Shown here: piece after piece, positions 51,031 to 64,000 of the stretch
Layout: the number at the start of each line of letters is the position of its first letter
How positions within the stretch are numbered: position 1 is the stretch's first letter
NCBI RefSeq assembly: GCF_963921235.1
Contig: NC_086097.1
Location: forward strand, 164,426,001-164,490,000
Reading direction: 5' to 3'
DNA length: 64,000 nt
Source: Mobula hypostoma
Lineage: Eukaryota
Notes under the pieces: model-generated
What the model saw: only the letters and a program-made list of their open reading frames with translations
The model's database searches: none
Told to the model about the DNA's origin: nothing
Position numbers and translations under genes: made by a program

Positions 51031-51254
51031 TGCACACTAACTGTGGTCTCCTGATGAGAAAATCATGAATCCAAGTTGCAGGATAGAGTGAGTTAATGTG
51101 GCAGATAGATAATAATTTTTGTTTGTGTTGTGTTGCTGATTTGGGGCTGGGGTCCAGAAGTGGGGAAGCCATATACACAAGATGGCTAGAAGAGCAGGTC
51201 AAAGGCTAGGAATCCACTTCCCAGCTCCCTCTCTACCTTCTACGTCCGCAGACA

Positions 51255-51710
51255 TGGAACGCTCCCTACTTGTCTAGATGATTGCAGCTTCAACAGCACT
51301 CAAGAAGCTCGGCATCATAACAGTTCATAGCAGCCCACTTGAGAGGCACCCCAACCACTGTCATTCACTCACCCCACCCGACACAGAGTAGAGACACCAT
51401 ATGCAGAATGCGCTGCCACAACTCACCAAGAATCTTTAGAAAGCATCTTCCAAACCCACGACCTCTAACAGCTAGTAGTTCAAAAGCAGCACAACCATAG
51501 GAACACCACCAACCAGAAGTTGCTTTTCAAGACACACAACTACCAGACGTGGAAAAGGATCGTCAATCCTTCACCATCACTGGATAAAAGTTCTAGAACT
51601 CCCCGCAGCAGTTCAAGAAGGCAGGTCACTGTCACCTTCGCAAGTGAAATTAAAAATAGGCAATTAAATTCTGGTTCAGCCTGTGAAGCCAAATCCCTTG
51701 AATTAATCAA
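51255..51710 (+). mobile_element. Old CR1/L2-clade LINE 3' end
   Basis: caacagcactcaagaagctc...cattcactc...cttccaaacccacgacctcta; resembles a recalled ancient chondrichthyan LINE 3' end. Confidence 0.5.
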
Positions 51711-52169
51711 AAATATCATTCACACGCAAAAAAAAAGCTAAATCAACCAATCTGTTTTGGTATAAATAGGAGTGACATCCTATAGTGTGGATGTTTCGCT
51801 CATGGAGCATGACCAAAGCCCATGATGCCATGTCCAACCAGATGTCAAGTTAACCTAAACCCAGCTACCGGTACATGAACATGTCCCTTCATTCTCAGCA
51901 TATTGAAGTGTCTGTCTAAATGCCTCTTTATGGTCAGTATTTTATTTGCCTCCACCAAACCCCCAGGGCAGCACATTCTAGGCACCCACCACTTCTGTCT
52001 AAAAGTACTACATATATTATATGAATCAATCTACTTTTAAATATATCCGCTAAAATTTGACATTTGTGCCCTGAGAAAATTGAGTTCATCATGTAACTGA
52101 ACATATTTGGTTGCTTTTCCACCAACCACCCACACGGGGCGATTTTGGTAATTAATATTAATGAGGAGT

Positions 52170-52680
52170 GGGCATGACGTAAGATGACCCTCGTGGTGCT
52201 GTCTGGGATACTGGAAGAGTGCGGACAGTCAGCCTGGAGGAGATTTGTTGTTGGCGGAAGGAAGGGCGGAAGGGCTGGGGGTAGTTGAGAGTGGCGAGCC
52301 GATGGAGCGGGCAGCCGTGCCACGGAGGAAGGGGGTCGGTGGAGGCGGGGGGCTGAGCTCCAACTCCAGGTCCGTGTCGGCTAACAGCTTGTCGACCAGC
52401 GGCGGGGCTTCGCCGAGCCCGGCCAACTCCCGCCGCCGGAGGCAGCCGCCGCGGCCGGCCGACTACAAACTTCAGGTGATCATCATCGGCAGCCGGGGCG
52501 TGGGCAAGACCAGCTTGATGGAGCGCTTCACGGACGACACGTTCAGCGAGGCCTGCAAATCCACCGTCGGTATGTGGGGAAGGGAAGGAGGAGGCGGCGC
52601 CAGTTGGGCTTCGGGCCTTGCTGTTTCTCTGGCCGAAGCTCTGCTTATTGCCGGACTGTTATTTTATAGACGCCCCCAGC
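52170..52680 (+). promoter_or_regulatory. CpG-rich RAB12 promoter/exon 1 with CRE-like TGACGTAA (52175-52182) and two GCGGAAG ETS-like motifs
   Basis: Sharp rise in CpG and GC against a CpG-poor background; motifs read directly. Confidence 0.65.
52302..52569 (+). CDS. RAB12: Ras-related protein Rab-12, first coding exon (phase-1 donor GTATGT at 52570)
   Basis: [46 protein letters not shown] is the RAB12 N-terminus with its P-loop; Kozak gccgATGg; no exon 2 (VDFKIK) seen in the window. Confidence 0.93.
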
Positions 52681-52884
52681 CTGTCTGGGGTTACTGTGCT
52701 CCCCCGGTTACATCCCCTCCCCACACCAACCTGCCCAGCTCCACTATCTCAGCCTTTGCTACCTCAGTCCGACACCCCAACCCCAGCAGGATGTTATCCA
52801 AGAGTGCTGGTCCCTTTAAACCTCATTTACTCTGGATAGGTAGACTAGATTTCCTGTAGTCTCTTCCAGGAGTTTGGCACTTCT

Positions 52885-53330
52885 GTCATGGAGTCATAGC
52901 ACAGAAACGGGCCCTTCGGTCCATCTAGTTTACGCCGAACTAGTCATATTGACCTGAGCCCGGAATGTAGCTCTCCATACTCCTCCCATCCATTACCTAT
53001 TCAAATTTCTCATAATTGTTGAAATCAAACCCATCCACCACTTCTGTTGGCAGCTCGTTCCACACTCTCACCACCTTCTGAATGAAGAAGTTGCCTTTCA
53101 TGTTCCCCTTAAACATTTCACCTTTCACGGTTACCACATGACCTCTAGTTCTAGAAAAAGCCTGCTTGCATTTATTCTATATACCTATACCATTCATAAT
53201 TTTGTATTCTTGATCCTCTCCCTCTCCCTCTCCTCAGCCTTAGTGAATGAAGTCCTAACCTGTTCAACCTTTCCCTTTAACTCTGGTCCTGAAGTCCTGG
53301 CAACTCCCTTGTAAATTTTCTCTGCACTCT
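52885..53330 (-). mobile_element. CR1 3' end in RAB12 intron 1
   Basis: cagctcgttccacactctcaccacc... is the reverse complement of the CR1 WNEL region; 3' tail. Confidence 0.75.
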
Positions 53331-56300
53331 TATTGGGGAATCAAGGGTCTGACAGCTGTGGACCTTTCTCCTTGTCCAGTCACTTTGGTTGGGGATTTGG
53401 CTCTGTTGTTCTTACGACTCAGGAGTTTGATAGTCTTGTGATCCACATGACACCACGATGCAGATGATGGGTTAACACAAACTGCTGGAGGAACGCAGCA
53501 TTGTTAAGGCAACATGTGCAGGAGGAAATAGACCGCTGACATTTTGGGTTCAGACCCTTCTTGCGGCCTTCCCTTCAATACTCCACAACTGTCACCATCC
53601 TGATCAGAGGGCTTGACTACTTGCAGGAAGCTAACCCTTTCCCTTGCATAATGGTCCACTTTTCTCCCTAGCCTCAGTCTTTTTTTGCCTTTCTTTCCAC
53701 CAGAATTCTCCCAGAATACTCTACATGGTGTCTGATCTGCTAATAACTCCTATTTTGGATATTGAAGTGTGGGGGACGTATTTATTTGCAAATTTGACTT
53801 ATTCACAAAGTAATTTATTAACTTTCCCAAATTAATCTGAATAGATTTTCAGATACTGCTTAGATCAAACTTTCTTCATAATATTGTACTTGGAGCTTCA
53901 ATGTAAAGTGTTAATGATTGGGGTCAGAAACTATATTAAACATGTGAAAGCAACAAGTACTACCTAGAAAATTTTTTTTTAAAAGCTGCAGTTACTGTTT
54001 ACAAAAGCGCCTGATAATGGAAATGCTCTGCAGTTCAGGCGGCCCCTGTGGAAAGAGAACCAAATTACAGGTTAAAATAGTATGTTCTGCCTAGTACAGT
54101 CTTGTATAGTAGATGTTATGGCTCATCTTTCTGAATTTTGCTAGTATTTTGTGAAGAAAATGTTTATTCCACATCCCAGATAAAGCTGCAGTCTCATTGA
54201 CTTGCATCCTCCATCCACTTTAGAGCTTATGAACTTGGACTGTTTTGTATGGTTGGTCAGTCTCAGATAGCCATCTTCCATCCTCTCAGGCTACTAGAAA
54301 TTCAGCCTCTTAGGTCATTAGAGTTTTTTTGAGCTGGATGAAAGTTGGAGAAAGCACCATCCTTGCTGATCTTGGCATTGTGTAAGCCTGTGTGCTTACT
54401 TCAGATTTTGTTTTGAAACATAATCCTTGGTATGATCAGAAGGAAACTAAACAGCAGTTCTTCACTGACTGTGAGAAATAATGCAGTTCTGCATGAGATA
54501 GTAACTCCATTGTATTATGCATAGAGCTGGTGTGCAATTCTAGGGATAGAAATGACGCATATTTTCCCAATTTCTCCTTCATTTCGTTGGGAGTGATCAC
54601 CATGGAAAAATTTCATCTGAGGCTCACTGATTACCTCCCTGATTGCAGGCGAAAAGTTGCACCACCAGCTTTTCTCTGTTGATAATATGATTCAGTAATT
54701 CAGGGACAGCTTCTTGCCCTCTGCCATCCAATTTCTAAATGGACATTGAACCCATGAGCACCATCTCACGACTTTTTGTAAAATTTCTGATTTTTCACTG
54801 CTTATCTTAATTTAACTATGTAATTTATATTTACATTAAACTTAGTGTAATTCAGTTTTTTCCTATATTTATCATTGTACTGCTACTGCAAGTTAATAAA
54901 TCTTAGGACATAAGGCAGTGATTGAAAAATTTGCACAGTAGTTTGGAGTCAACTAGGGCATAATTGAAGTTGTACCTCAATGTAAGCATACCTTTGTAGC
55001 CTTTATACTTCAATTACCAAAGCAGTGTCTGATTAAAACGCTGTTGAGGTGGCTTATCTGCTGTTCAGTAAACAGATTGAATGGCACTGATGCATCCTGG
55101 AAAATGAGGTATGCTGAATGTGTTCAGACTACATGATCCCATGTGCTTGCAAAGTTCTCAGCAATACGAACTTCAGGCCCAGGATTGTGCTGCAGCATTA
55201 AAAGTATTGAAAATATTAAAGTCACGCAAGTTTGGTTATCAATATGCAGTCATCATTGAATTGGTGATTTTGTACTGCTTTTTGAGGATCAGATGTTTTA
55301 GCTTGGGGCAGTAGTGAAGCCTGGTGGATGCACTATTTTTCCCCAAGAAACTGGAGCAAAAAAAAATCAGGAAATAATTAACTTGAGTATAAAGAATAAG
55401 TGGTTGGGGTTATTGTAAAAGCCAAGAGGCAATACAATTTAAGCAAATAAAAATGGGGAGTAGAGTAAAAGGACAAGTTGTTGAAGGTCGTCGTAGGAAT
55501 ATTAGAGATTGGGACTGTGTAGCTGTGAAAAGGATAACGCCTGAATCAATGCCATTTGATCGCCCTTCGGTTTCAAACAAATAGGTTATAATGTAGGAGG
55601 AAGAGCCTGTCAAGATATCAACGTAATTTTTTTCTCAATGTTTACTGAGTGTATTGGGAATAACGCCACTACTCTTTTTCAAAGACTCAATGTATATATC
55701 CAAACGTACACTGAGGTGTGTTCTCTCTGGATAGCCATGAAAGTCACTCAGAGTGAAACATCAAACCCACCTCCCCCATACAAAAAAGAACGGCAACCCA
55801 ATCATCAAACCCTCCACCCTCAGCACAAAAAAACTTAACAAGACGTGACAAGAACATTAACCCACCCCCCCCCAACTCCCTACCCCTGCAGAACAAAACA
55901 GAAACAGGCAGAAACACAGAATATAAAAAACATAAGTCTGAAAAAGTCCACAGTCCATAAATGCAATAGTCCAATTCATGAATCCAGAACCACAATAACA
56001 CTCTCCAACATCATCGAAAGAGAGAGACACCACACAAGTGCAGAGGCCTATCTGCCTGCCACAGTGAGCTCCAGACGTTGATAGGCCGTTCACAAACTTA
56101 TCTGGCAGCAGAGGGATCTATCAGCAATCAAAAAGCAAGCAGTCGGCACTGAACCCTGCATTTGCCTCAATGTCTCAATCTTCCTCGACGCTTTAATCAG
56201 CTATTAACGGATGCTTTAATCATCGAAATGAAGTCGGGCATCAGCTTGCATCCCATCTCTAGGTTTCTTCACCTCAAAGGCACTTGCTTCCCCGAATCTT

Positions 56301-56477
56301 CTCTGAGACAGCAAGGCGTTGGAGCACTCAATTGATCTCTGAACTGTAAATCTCAGGCTCTAACAGTTCCAGAAATACATTTAAGATGAAAAACAGGCAT
56401 AAAAGAAGTAAAATAAGTTGTTCCGTAGACTATCTGGAGGATGTCGGCCGAGGGATTGTTGTACACTGGAAGTAGCA

Positions 56478-56690
56478 GTATGGGCTTTTCCACATCCACC
56501 TTAAGAGTGCAAATTGGGTCTTAGTTCAACATTTCTTCTGAAGGCTGGTATCATCATCCTTCAGTACTGCACTGAAGAGTTATTTTAAGCATCAGTGCTT
56601 GTTTCTGAAGGAAGACATACTAGGATTCTGCTGATTCAGTGGTGAGATTCTACCAAATCCATAGCTGAGTTCGAACAGTACCATTCTCTC
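56478..56690 (-). mobile_element. DeuSINE (SacSINE1/AmnSINE1-like)
   Basis: atgggcttttccacatccacc...cttcagtactgcactg is the reverse complement of the recalled Deu/AmnSINE core. Confidence 0.6.
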
Positions 56691-56971
56691 TGTGTCAGAG
56701 TTACTGATCGAAAAATAATTTTAACTTAAGGCTAAGAAGTAAAAATTAAGTGCTGTTGAATCCAATTGGCTTGGGAATGAAGTGAGTTAAATTGCCGAAG
56801 TTGAGTTGTATATACAATGGTTGCAAGAGGGGACAGATACGACAGTGGTATTGGAAATTGGATTTGGTGTGGTGGGATTGTTTGCGGTAATCCAATTTGA
56901 TAAATTTTCCATACTGAATAATTTACAATTTGTACAATATTTTTGTTTGCCCCAAACAATCTCAATCTTGA

Positions 56972-57555
56972 AAACAGCAGGCCAGGCAGCATCTTTGGGA
57001 AGAGGTACAGTTGGCGTTTTGGGTCGGGACCCTTCGTCAGGACTAACTGAAAGAAGAGATAGTAAGAGATTTGAAAGTGAGGGGCGGGGGGGAGATCCGA
57101 AATGATAGGAGAAGACAGGAGGGGAGAGGTGAATCTAAGAGCTGGAGAAGGGAGAGGATCATGGGACGGGAAGCCTGGGGAGAAGGAGAAGGGGGCAGGG
57201 GAGCCCAGAGGGTGGAGAGCAGGCAAGGAGTTATTGTGAGAGGGACAGAGGGAGAAGAAAAAAAAGAGGGAAAATAAAAAATATATAAAATAAATAAGGG
57301 ATGGGGTGTGAAGGGGAGGAGGGGCATTAACGGAAGTTAGAGAAGTCAATATTCATGCCATCAGGTTGGAGGCTACCCAGACGGAATATAAGGTGTTGTT
57401 CCTCCAACCTGAGTGTGGCTTCATCTTGACAGTAGAGGAGGCCGTGGATAGACCTATCAGAATGGGAATGGGATGTGGAATTAAAATGTGTGGCCACTGA
57501 TCTTGCTTTCTCTGGCGGACAGAGCGTAGGTGTTCAGCGAAACGGTCTCCCAGCT
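56972..57555 (-). mobile_element. Penelope 3' fragment, same family as 24061-25147; hammerhead core mutated (GAAA to AAAA, GTC to GCC)
   Basis: LGDRFAEHLRSVRQRKQD; ccttcgtcaggactaactg at about 57030-57049. Confidence 0.9.
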
Positions 57556-57909
57556 GTGGAGCTGAATAGGCAGTCAATATTTTGGGTTGAGATCCTTCGT
57601 CTGGACAGGACTAAATGAAGATTGGTTGAAGCAGGTCAGGTGATAATAACATCAGGGCTGATCATTAGCAAAGTGTTTGATAGAAATGACGTGTGAAAGA
57701 TACAAGCATGATGATATGAAAGGGTTGATCTGAAGTTGGAAAAATCGTGTTCTTTCCAGAAAATTACAAAATGCCCAGACTATAGCCAAGATTGAGCCTA
57801 ATCGTGGCAGTGGAAGAGCTTGCAGACAGATGAGTTGGAATAGAAGTGGGACTGAGTATTAAAGTGGAATACAACAGGAAGCTCAAGATCAACTCACAGA
57901 CAGATCTAA

Positions 57910-58804
57910 GGCTACGTCCACACTAGACCGGATAATTTTGAAAATGCTGGTTTCGCTTAAAAACGATAGGCATCCGCACCAAGCGTTTTTCAAAATATCT
58001 CCTTCCACATTAGAACGGATATTTGGGCAAATCTCCTCCTACTGGGCATGTGCAGGACTCACAGAAAACAAGCGAAGAGGAAACGGTCTACTTGGTGCAC
58101 ATTTGTCCAGTTACGGAGTAGAAAAACTTAAAAGGAATTGCTCTTGACTCTCGCGCAGGAGGACTTAAAACTAGAAAAAACAAATAATGGAGCGTATGGA
58201 GCCAACCAACAGGGAGTTCACGGACAGTATGACCCAGCTGACGACGAACACTGAAAAACTGACTAACTCTGTTGCATTAATAAAGCACCTTGTTAAATGT
58301 ATAAAACATGTCTGCATCATTGTTATCTTGTATTTCCATACAATGTTACATTAGGCTGTTGCTCATTTATTGTCAGAGAAGTACTTGCATAAATAGGTAA
58401 ACCACCTTCATACAAGGAAGGACATAAAACTGGGCAAAGTGAATATACTTATTTATTCAGTAAGCTATGGTTCAAAGTATTTGGTCAGTACATTTCTAAC
58501 TCTTCTGGCTTCGTCTGGTTGCCGTTTGTTCTGAAATTGTTAGGTTGTGCGTTCAAGAAAACAATGAAATGCCACGCTGCCACCATCTGTTCTGTCACGT
58601 CATGACAGCGGTTTTAAAAAGCTTTGGTTACCCCGTACACACTACGATGGATATTAGGTGTTTTCAGATTTATTCACCCTGGAGACCGTTTCTGAAAATC
58701 TCCGTTTTCGGGGGATGAAAACACCGTTTTAGTTTGGATGGAGGGTTAAAAGGAAGAGAAAAGGTTTCGGTTACGGATTTATCCAGTCTAGTATGGATGT
58801 AGCC
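57910..58804. mobile_element. PIF/Harbinger non-autonomous element (MITE)
   Basis: 26-bp TIR ggctacgtccacactagaccggataa with 3 mismatches; 3-bp TSD TAA (57907-57909 and 58805-58807). Confidence 0.9.
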
Positions 58805-59704
58805 TAAGTGCTCTGCAAAGTAAACACTCCATCTGTTTGGTTTCTCTAATGCAAAAGAGGCAAATGTACTTGCCCTGTGTGAATTGCCCTTAGCTCAAGT
58901 TAGCATTGTATTGCCTTTACTCAGATGAAATGTTTTTACTATACACCTTATTGGATCCCATTAAGTTTCAGTATTGTCTTTAATTTTTTTTAAGCTGATG
59001 AAGCGTAACCTCATGGTATTAGGCTTTAGCCCTGAATAATTATTGTAAAACCCTTTCCAATTCATATTTGTTGAATCTGATCAAGAGTATAAGGAAATGA
59101 AGGTTAATTTTCTCATTTAACTGTTCTTAAAATTTGCTGATGTTGCTTCCCTTCCTGATGCTCTTGTTCATTGCTTGCAACAACTTCCCTTTAAAATTTG
59201 GAACTTCAGTTCTGCCATTTAAAAAAAAATCTTCTTGTAATTAGCGAGAACTATTTGCTGTTCTCAGATGTTATCAGAGTCTCTTTTCAACTTCCATTCC
59301 TGCTTTTTATTGGACCACTCACTATTGATTGAAAATTTTCTTTATGGAGAATGGCTCCAGATTTTCTTAAAAGGGGAAGCCAATGTGTACTTATGATTTT
59401 TTTCCTCTGTTTTTATTAAATGTAGTCTATAATTTACAGCCTTGATTTGTTCTGTGACCAAGGAGGAAGGTAGGAAGTTTATCCATTGCAGTAACTATAG
59501 AAACTTAATGTTGCAGATTTTAAAATCACATTTTAGGGCATGGTTTGCAAAGAATATTATCGTATTGTGACTTAATTCCTTTTGCAAAACGCTCGGTCAA
59601 TTATCTGCTTGTATATGTTACTATGAGATGAAAAAAAGGAAAGGGGTCAAGAAAGTCCAAGTGCTATTATATTGAGTGTACTGTTATGAACTCTCAATAT
59701 AGTT

Positions 59705-60230
59705 GGAGCACAGAAGGTTGCCATTCAGTCTATCATATTGTACTGACCCTCTGCAAGTGCAGTCTGGCTTGACCTCCTGTCCTTTTCATACCCTGTAGCC
59801 CTGCAAATTCTCTAATGTCTGATACTTAACCAATTTATTTTGAATGTTGCAATCAAAATTGCTTCCACTACTGCACTGTCAGTACATCCCATACCCTAAC
59901 CATTCTCTTCATTTTATTAATTCCCTTGTGATAGTTTTGCTTCTTTTGCCAGTCTTCTTGTATTTTATGGTCTATAGACCTTATTGCTTCTGCCATAGGA
60001 ACATTATTCTTTCAGATCCTCTCCACATCTGCTCTATTCCAAGGAGAATATCCCCAACTTCTCTGATCTGTCTGCATAACATAAAACTTCTTTTCATGAA
60101 ATAGTTTCAGTAAATCTTTTCTTTAGCCTCAAAAACCCTTGCATCTTGTCTAAGGTGTAGCACCCAGTATTGGGTACAATACTCCAGCTGAGCCTGCACT
60201 CGTATTTTATAAAGATTCATCATGATATTT
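59705..60230 (-). mobile_element. Degenerate CR1 3' part
   Basis: acaatactccagctgagcctgcac is the reverse complement of the V.AQLEYC motif. Confidence 0.6.
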
Positions 60231-60315
60231 GCTCATACACAGTTGCAAGAAAAAGTTGTGAACCTTTGATTTAATGAGAGGAAACAAGGCTACAGATCCT
60301 GAAACAAAAAAAAAT

Positions 60316-60468
60316 CAAATTGCTAGAGGAACTCAGCAGATCAGGTAGGATCTATAGAGGGGAATGGTCAGTTGATGTTTCAAGTCAAGACACTTTGACC
60401 CAAAACATCAACTGTCTATTTTTTCTCCACAGATGCTGCCTGACTAGATGTGTTCCTCCAGCAGTTTG
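60316..60468. repeat. Head-to-head inverted pair of Penelope pLTR-derived units
   Basis: About 73-bp imperfect inverted arms around 60389-60394. Confidence 0.7.
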
Positions 60469-60519
60469 GTTGTTTATTTTGGAACTGATGAAGCGTAGTG
60501 TGAATCTGTTACAGCTTGG

Positions 60520-60752
60520 GATGTTGGAGTTCAAAGTTCAATTCTGGTACCAGCTGTAAGGGTTTTGTATGTTCTCCCCCTTGACCACATGGATTTCCTC
60601 TGGATGTACTGGTTTCCTCTCAAACTCCAAAGACATACTGGTTAGTGGGTTTATTGGCCATCGTAAATAGCCCTGTAATTAGGCAATAGTTAAGTGGTAG
60701 ATTGCTAGGTGCAGCCTGATGGGCCGAAGGGCCTGTTTGATGCTGTATCTCT
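60520..60752 (+). mobile_element. V-SINE/HE1-like SINE
   Basis: gttcaattc B-box-like; V-domain tggatttcctctggatgtactggtttcctc; CR1-like tail gggccgaagggcctg. Confidence 0.7.
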
Positions 60753-60951
60753 TTTTTTTTAAGTAAGATATAAGAAGAATGTAAGGCAAAGACCCATCAC
60801 AGCTACTGCTAATCAAGACATATTTTACAGGTTATGTGCAAACTCAATTGTGCATTGTAAAATCTATGAAGTGGGTCTGGCAAAAATGTGCAAGCCCCCA
60901 GTTCTATCATTTTAGTAATGGGAAGAGATAGTAAACATTAACAATGGAGTA

Positions 60952-63900
60952 CATTTGCAAAAAAAAAGGCTTATGAACCCTTTGAGGTTACCTGGTTTTC
61001 TGCATTTATTACTCATAAAATGTGGTCTGATCTTCATCTAAGTCACGGTAATAGACTTAATCTGTTTCAACTAATAACACAAAAACAGTTAAATTTTTCA
61101 TATTTATCGTTTCGTGTTTAATCATTCACAGTCCTGGCTGGAAGAAGTATGTGAACCCTTGTACTTAGTAACTGGCAGAACCTCATTTAGCAGCAATAAC
61201 CTCCACGAAACTTTTCCTGTAACTGCTGATCAGACTTGTACAATGGTGAGGGGGAATTTTAGACCATTCCTCCATGCAGAACTGTTTCAATTCATCAATA
61301 TTTCTGGGATACCTTGCATGAACAGCTCTCTTCAAGTAATGCCACAGCATCTCAATTGGGTTAAGGTTTGGACTCTGACACGGCAATTCCAAAACACAAA
61401 TTTTCTTCTTTTTAAACCATTCTATTGTTGATTACTTTTGTGTTTCGGATCATTGTCATGTTGCATCAACCAACTTCTATTAAGCTTCAGGTGATGGACT
61501 GCTACCCTGACATTCTCCTGTAAAATGTCTTCAATCAGAATCAGGTTTATTATCACCAGCAGGTGATGTGAGATTTGTTAACTTAGCAGCAACAGCACCA
61601 GTTCAATGTAATACATAATCTCGCAGAGAGGGAAAAAATATGAAAATATAAAAATAAAAAATATAAAATAATAAATAAACAAGTAAATTAGTTACATATA
61701 TTGAATAGATTAAAAAATGTGCAAAAATATATATTTTTTTAAAAAGTGAGTTAGTGTCCAAAGCTTCAATGTTCATTTAGGAATCGGATGGCAGAGAGGA
61801 AGAAGCTGTTCCTGAATCGCTGAGTGTGTGCCTTCAGGCTTCTGTACCTCCTACCTGATGGTAACAGTGAGAAAAGGGCATGCCCTGGGTGCTGGAGATC
61901 CTTAATAATAGACGCTGCCATTCTGAGACACTACTCCCTGGGTACTTTGTAGGCTAGTACTCAAGATAGAGCTGACTAGATTTATTACCTTCTGCAGCTT
62001 CACCTGGTCCTGTGCAGTAGCCCCTCTATACCAGACAGTGATGCAGCCTGTCAGAATGCTCTCCATGGTACAACTATAGAAGTTTTTGAGTGCATTGTTG
62101 ACATGCCAAATTTCTTCAAGCTCCTAGTATAGTCGCTGTCTTGCCTTTATAACTACATGGATATGTTGGGACTAGGTTGGATCCTCAGAGATTTTGACAC
62201 CCAGGAACTTGAAGCTGCTCACTCTCTCCACTTTTGAACCCTCTATGAGGATTGGTACGTGTTCCTTTGTCTTACCCGTCCTGAAGTCCACAATCAGCTC
62301 TTTCATCTTACTGACGTTCAGTGTCAGGTTATTGCTGTGGCACCACTCCACTAGTTGGCATATCTCACTCCTTTATGCCCCCTCGTCACCACCTGAGATT
62401 CTACCAACAATGGTTGTATTGTCAGCAAATTTATAGATGTATTTGAGTTATGCTTAACCACACAGTCATGTGTATATAGAGAGTAGAGCAGTGGACTAAG
62501 CACACACCCCGCGGTGTGCCAGTGTTGATCGTCAGCAAGAAGAATATGTTATCACCAATCCGCACAAATTGTGGACTTCCGGTTAGGAAGTCGAGGATTC
62601 AATTACAGAGTAAGGTACAGAAGCCCAGGTTCTGCAACTTCTCAATCAGGTTTGTGGGAATGGTGGTATTAAATGCTGAGCTATAGTTGATGAACAGCAT
62701 CCTGACATAGGTGTTTATGTTGTCCAGGTGCTCGAAAGCCATGTGGAGAGCCATTGAGATTGCGTCTGCTGTTGACCTACTGTGGCGATAGGCAAATTGC
62801 AATGGGTCCAGGTCCTTCCTGAGGCAGGAGTTCAGTCTAGTCATGACCAACCTCTCAAAGCATTTCATCACTATCGATGTGAGTGCTACCGGGCGATAGT
62901 CATTAGGGCAGCCCACATTATTCTTCTTGCACTGGTATAATTGTTGCTTTTTTGAAGCAAGTGGGAACTTCCACCCGTAGCAGATAAAGGTTGAAAATGT
63001 CCTTGAATACTCCCGCTAGTTGGTTGGCACAGTTTTTCAGAGCCTTACCAGGTACTTCATCGGGATTTTCTGCCTTGCGAGGGTTCACTCTCTTTAAAGG
63101 CAGTCTAACATCGGCCTCTGAGACAGAGATCACAGGGTCATCAGGTACAACAGGGATCTTCACAACTGTAGTTGTGTTCTCCCTTTCAAAGCATTCATAG
63201 AAGTTGTTGAGTTCATCTGGTAGTGAAGCATCGCTGCCATTCATGCTATTAGGTTTCGCTTTGTAGGAAGTACAATTTTGAATTCGTTGTTTCCTCAACG
63301 ATTGCAGTCTGCCCAGGTCCTGAGGCAGCAAAGCAGATCCAAACCCTGATGCTCGTTCCACCATGCTTCACAGTTGGGATGAGGTTTTGGTGTACATGCG
63401 CACTGTTCTTTTTCCTCCAAACATTGCAGTGTACATTTCTGCCAGAAAGTGCAGCTTTTGTCCCGTGTGCCCACAGAACGTTGTCCCAGAAGTGTTGTGG
63501 ATTATCCGGGTGGTCTTTGTACGTGCAGTAATTTTTTTTTTTGGAGAGCAGTGGTTTCCTCCTTGGTGTCCTTCCATGAACACCATTCTTGTTCAGTGTT
63601 TTTCTTAAATAGCGGACATATGCACAGAGTTTTTAGCAAGTTCTAGAGATTTCTGCAGATCTTCCACCGTTACCCTTGGGTTCTTTTCACCTCCTTCAGA
63701 ATTGCACATTGTGCTCTTGGTATGATCTTTGCAGGATGCCCACTCCTAGGGAGAGTAGCAACCGTACTGAATTTCCTCCATTTGTGGACAATTTCTCTTG
63801 CTGTTGACTGATAAACACTCGGGTCTTTAGAAATGCTTTTGTAGCCTTTTCTAGCTTTGTGCATCTGAGGTCTCCTGAAAGTTGTTTTGATCAAGGTATG

Positions 63901-64000
63901 CTGCACATAAACAGATCTTTCTTGAGAAGAGCAGGCTCTGTCAATAACCTGACTTCGTGTATCTATTTTATAGGGCAGGGTACCTCTACCTCTCCCTCCA
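60952..64000 (-). mobile_element. Tc1 (IR/DR type) transposon, interrupted by a Rex1 LINE and running off the window
   Basis: PCQSPNLNPIEMLW (61183-61392); N-terminal GYKSISK...TLPRSGHP (63670-63906); TA plus TIR at 60950 with inner DR near 61140-61161. Confidence 0.88.
61533..63270 (-). mobile_element. Rex1/Babar LINE inside the Tc1, same family as 9725-14829
   Basis: [29 protein letters not shown]; (aatcag)n tail. Confidence 0.9.

Noticed and set aside
52570..52859. C-terminal part of the 204-aa ORF 52245-52859
   Set aside because: RAB12 similarity stops at the GTATGT donor; the rest is intron read-through.

Overview
Eukaryotic, transposon-dense vertebrate DNA, most likely from a cartilaginous fish (shark or ray), judged from its CR1 LINEs, Rex1/Babar LINEs, V-SINE and DeuSINE copies and Penelope-derived repeats. 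The only clearly live gene segment is coding exon 1 of RAB12 (ATG 52302, donor 52570) in a CpG-rich promoter; the rest of the window downstream appears to be intron 1. Upstream is a nest of insertions: (1) several CR1 and Rex1/Babar LINEs; (2) a full-length Gypsy element (23922-32140) with a PNMA-type Gag, a G_GGA_AAC/pseudoknot -1 frameshift signal, and a hammerhead-bearing Penelope inside its 5' LTR; (3) a Buster/SPIN-type hAT whose 603-aa transposase reads intact once a LINE is removed; (4) an internally deleted self-priming Tf1/sushi element; (5) a twin-primed, 5'-inverted L1. Intron 1 holds a Harbinger MITE and a Tc1. Short unique spacers between the insertions (about 5.1-39.3 kb) translate, in colinear order, into what looks like a shredded THEMIS/CABIT-family (THEMIS3-like) pseudogene, and a separate orphan PRY-SPRY (TRIM) fragment lies at about 5.0 kb. 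All family assignments are by eye and from recall; no searches were run.
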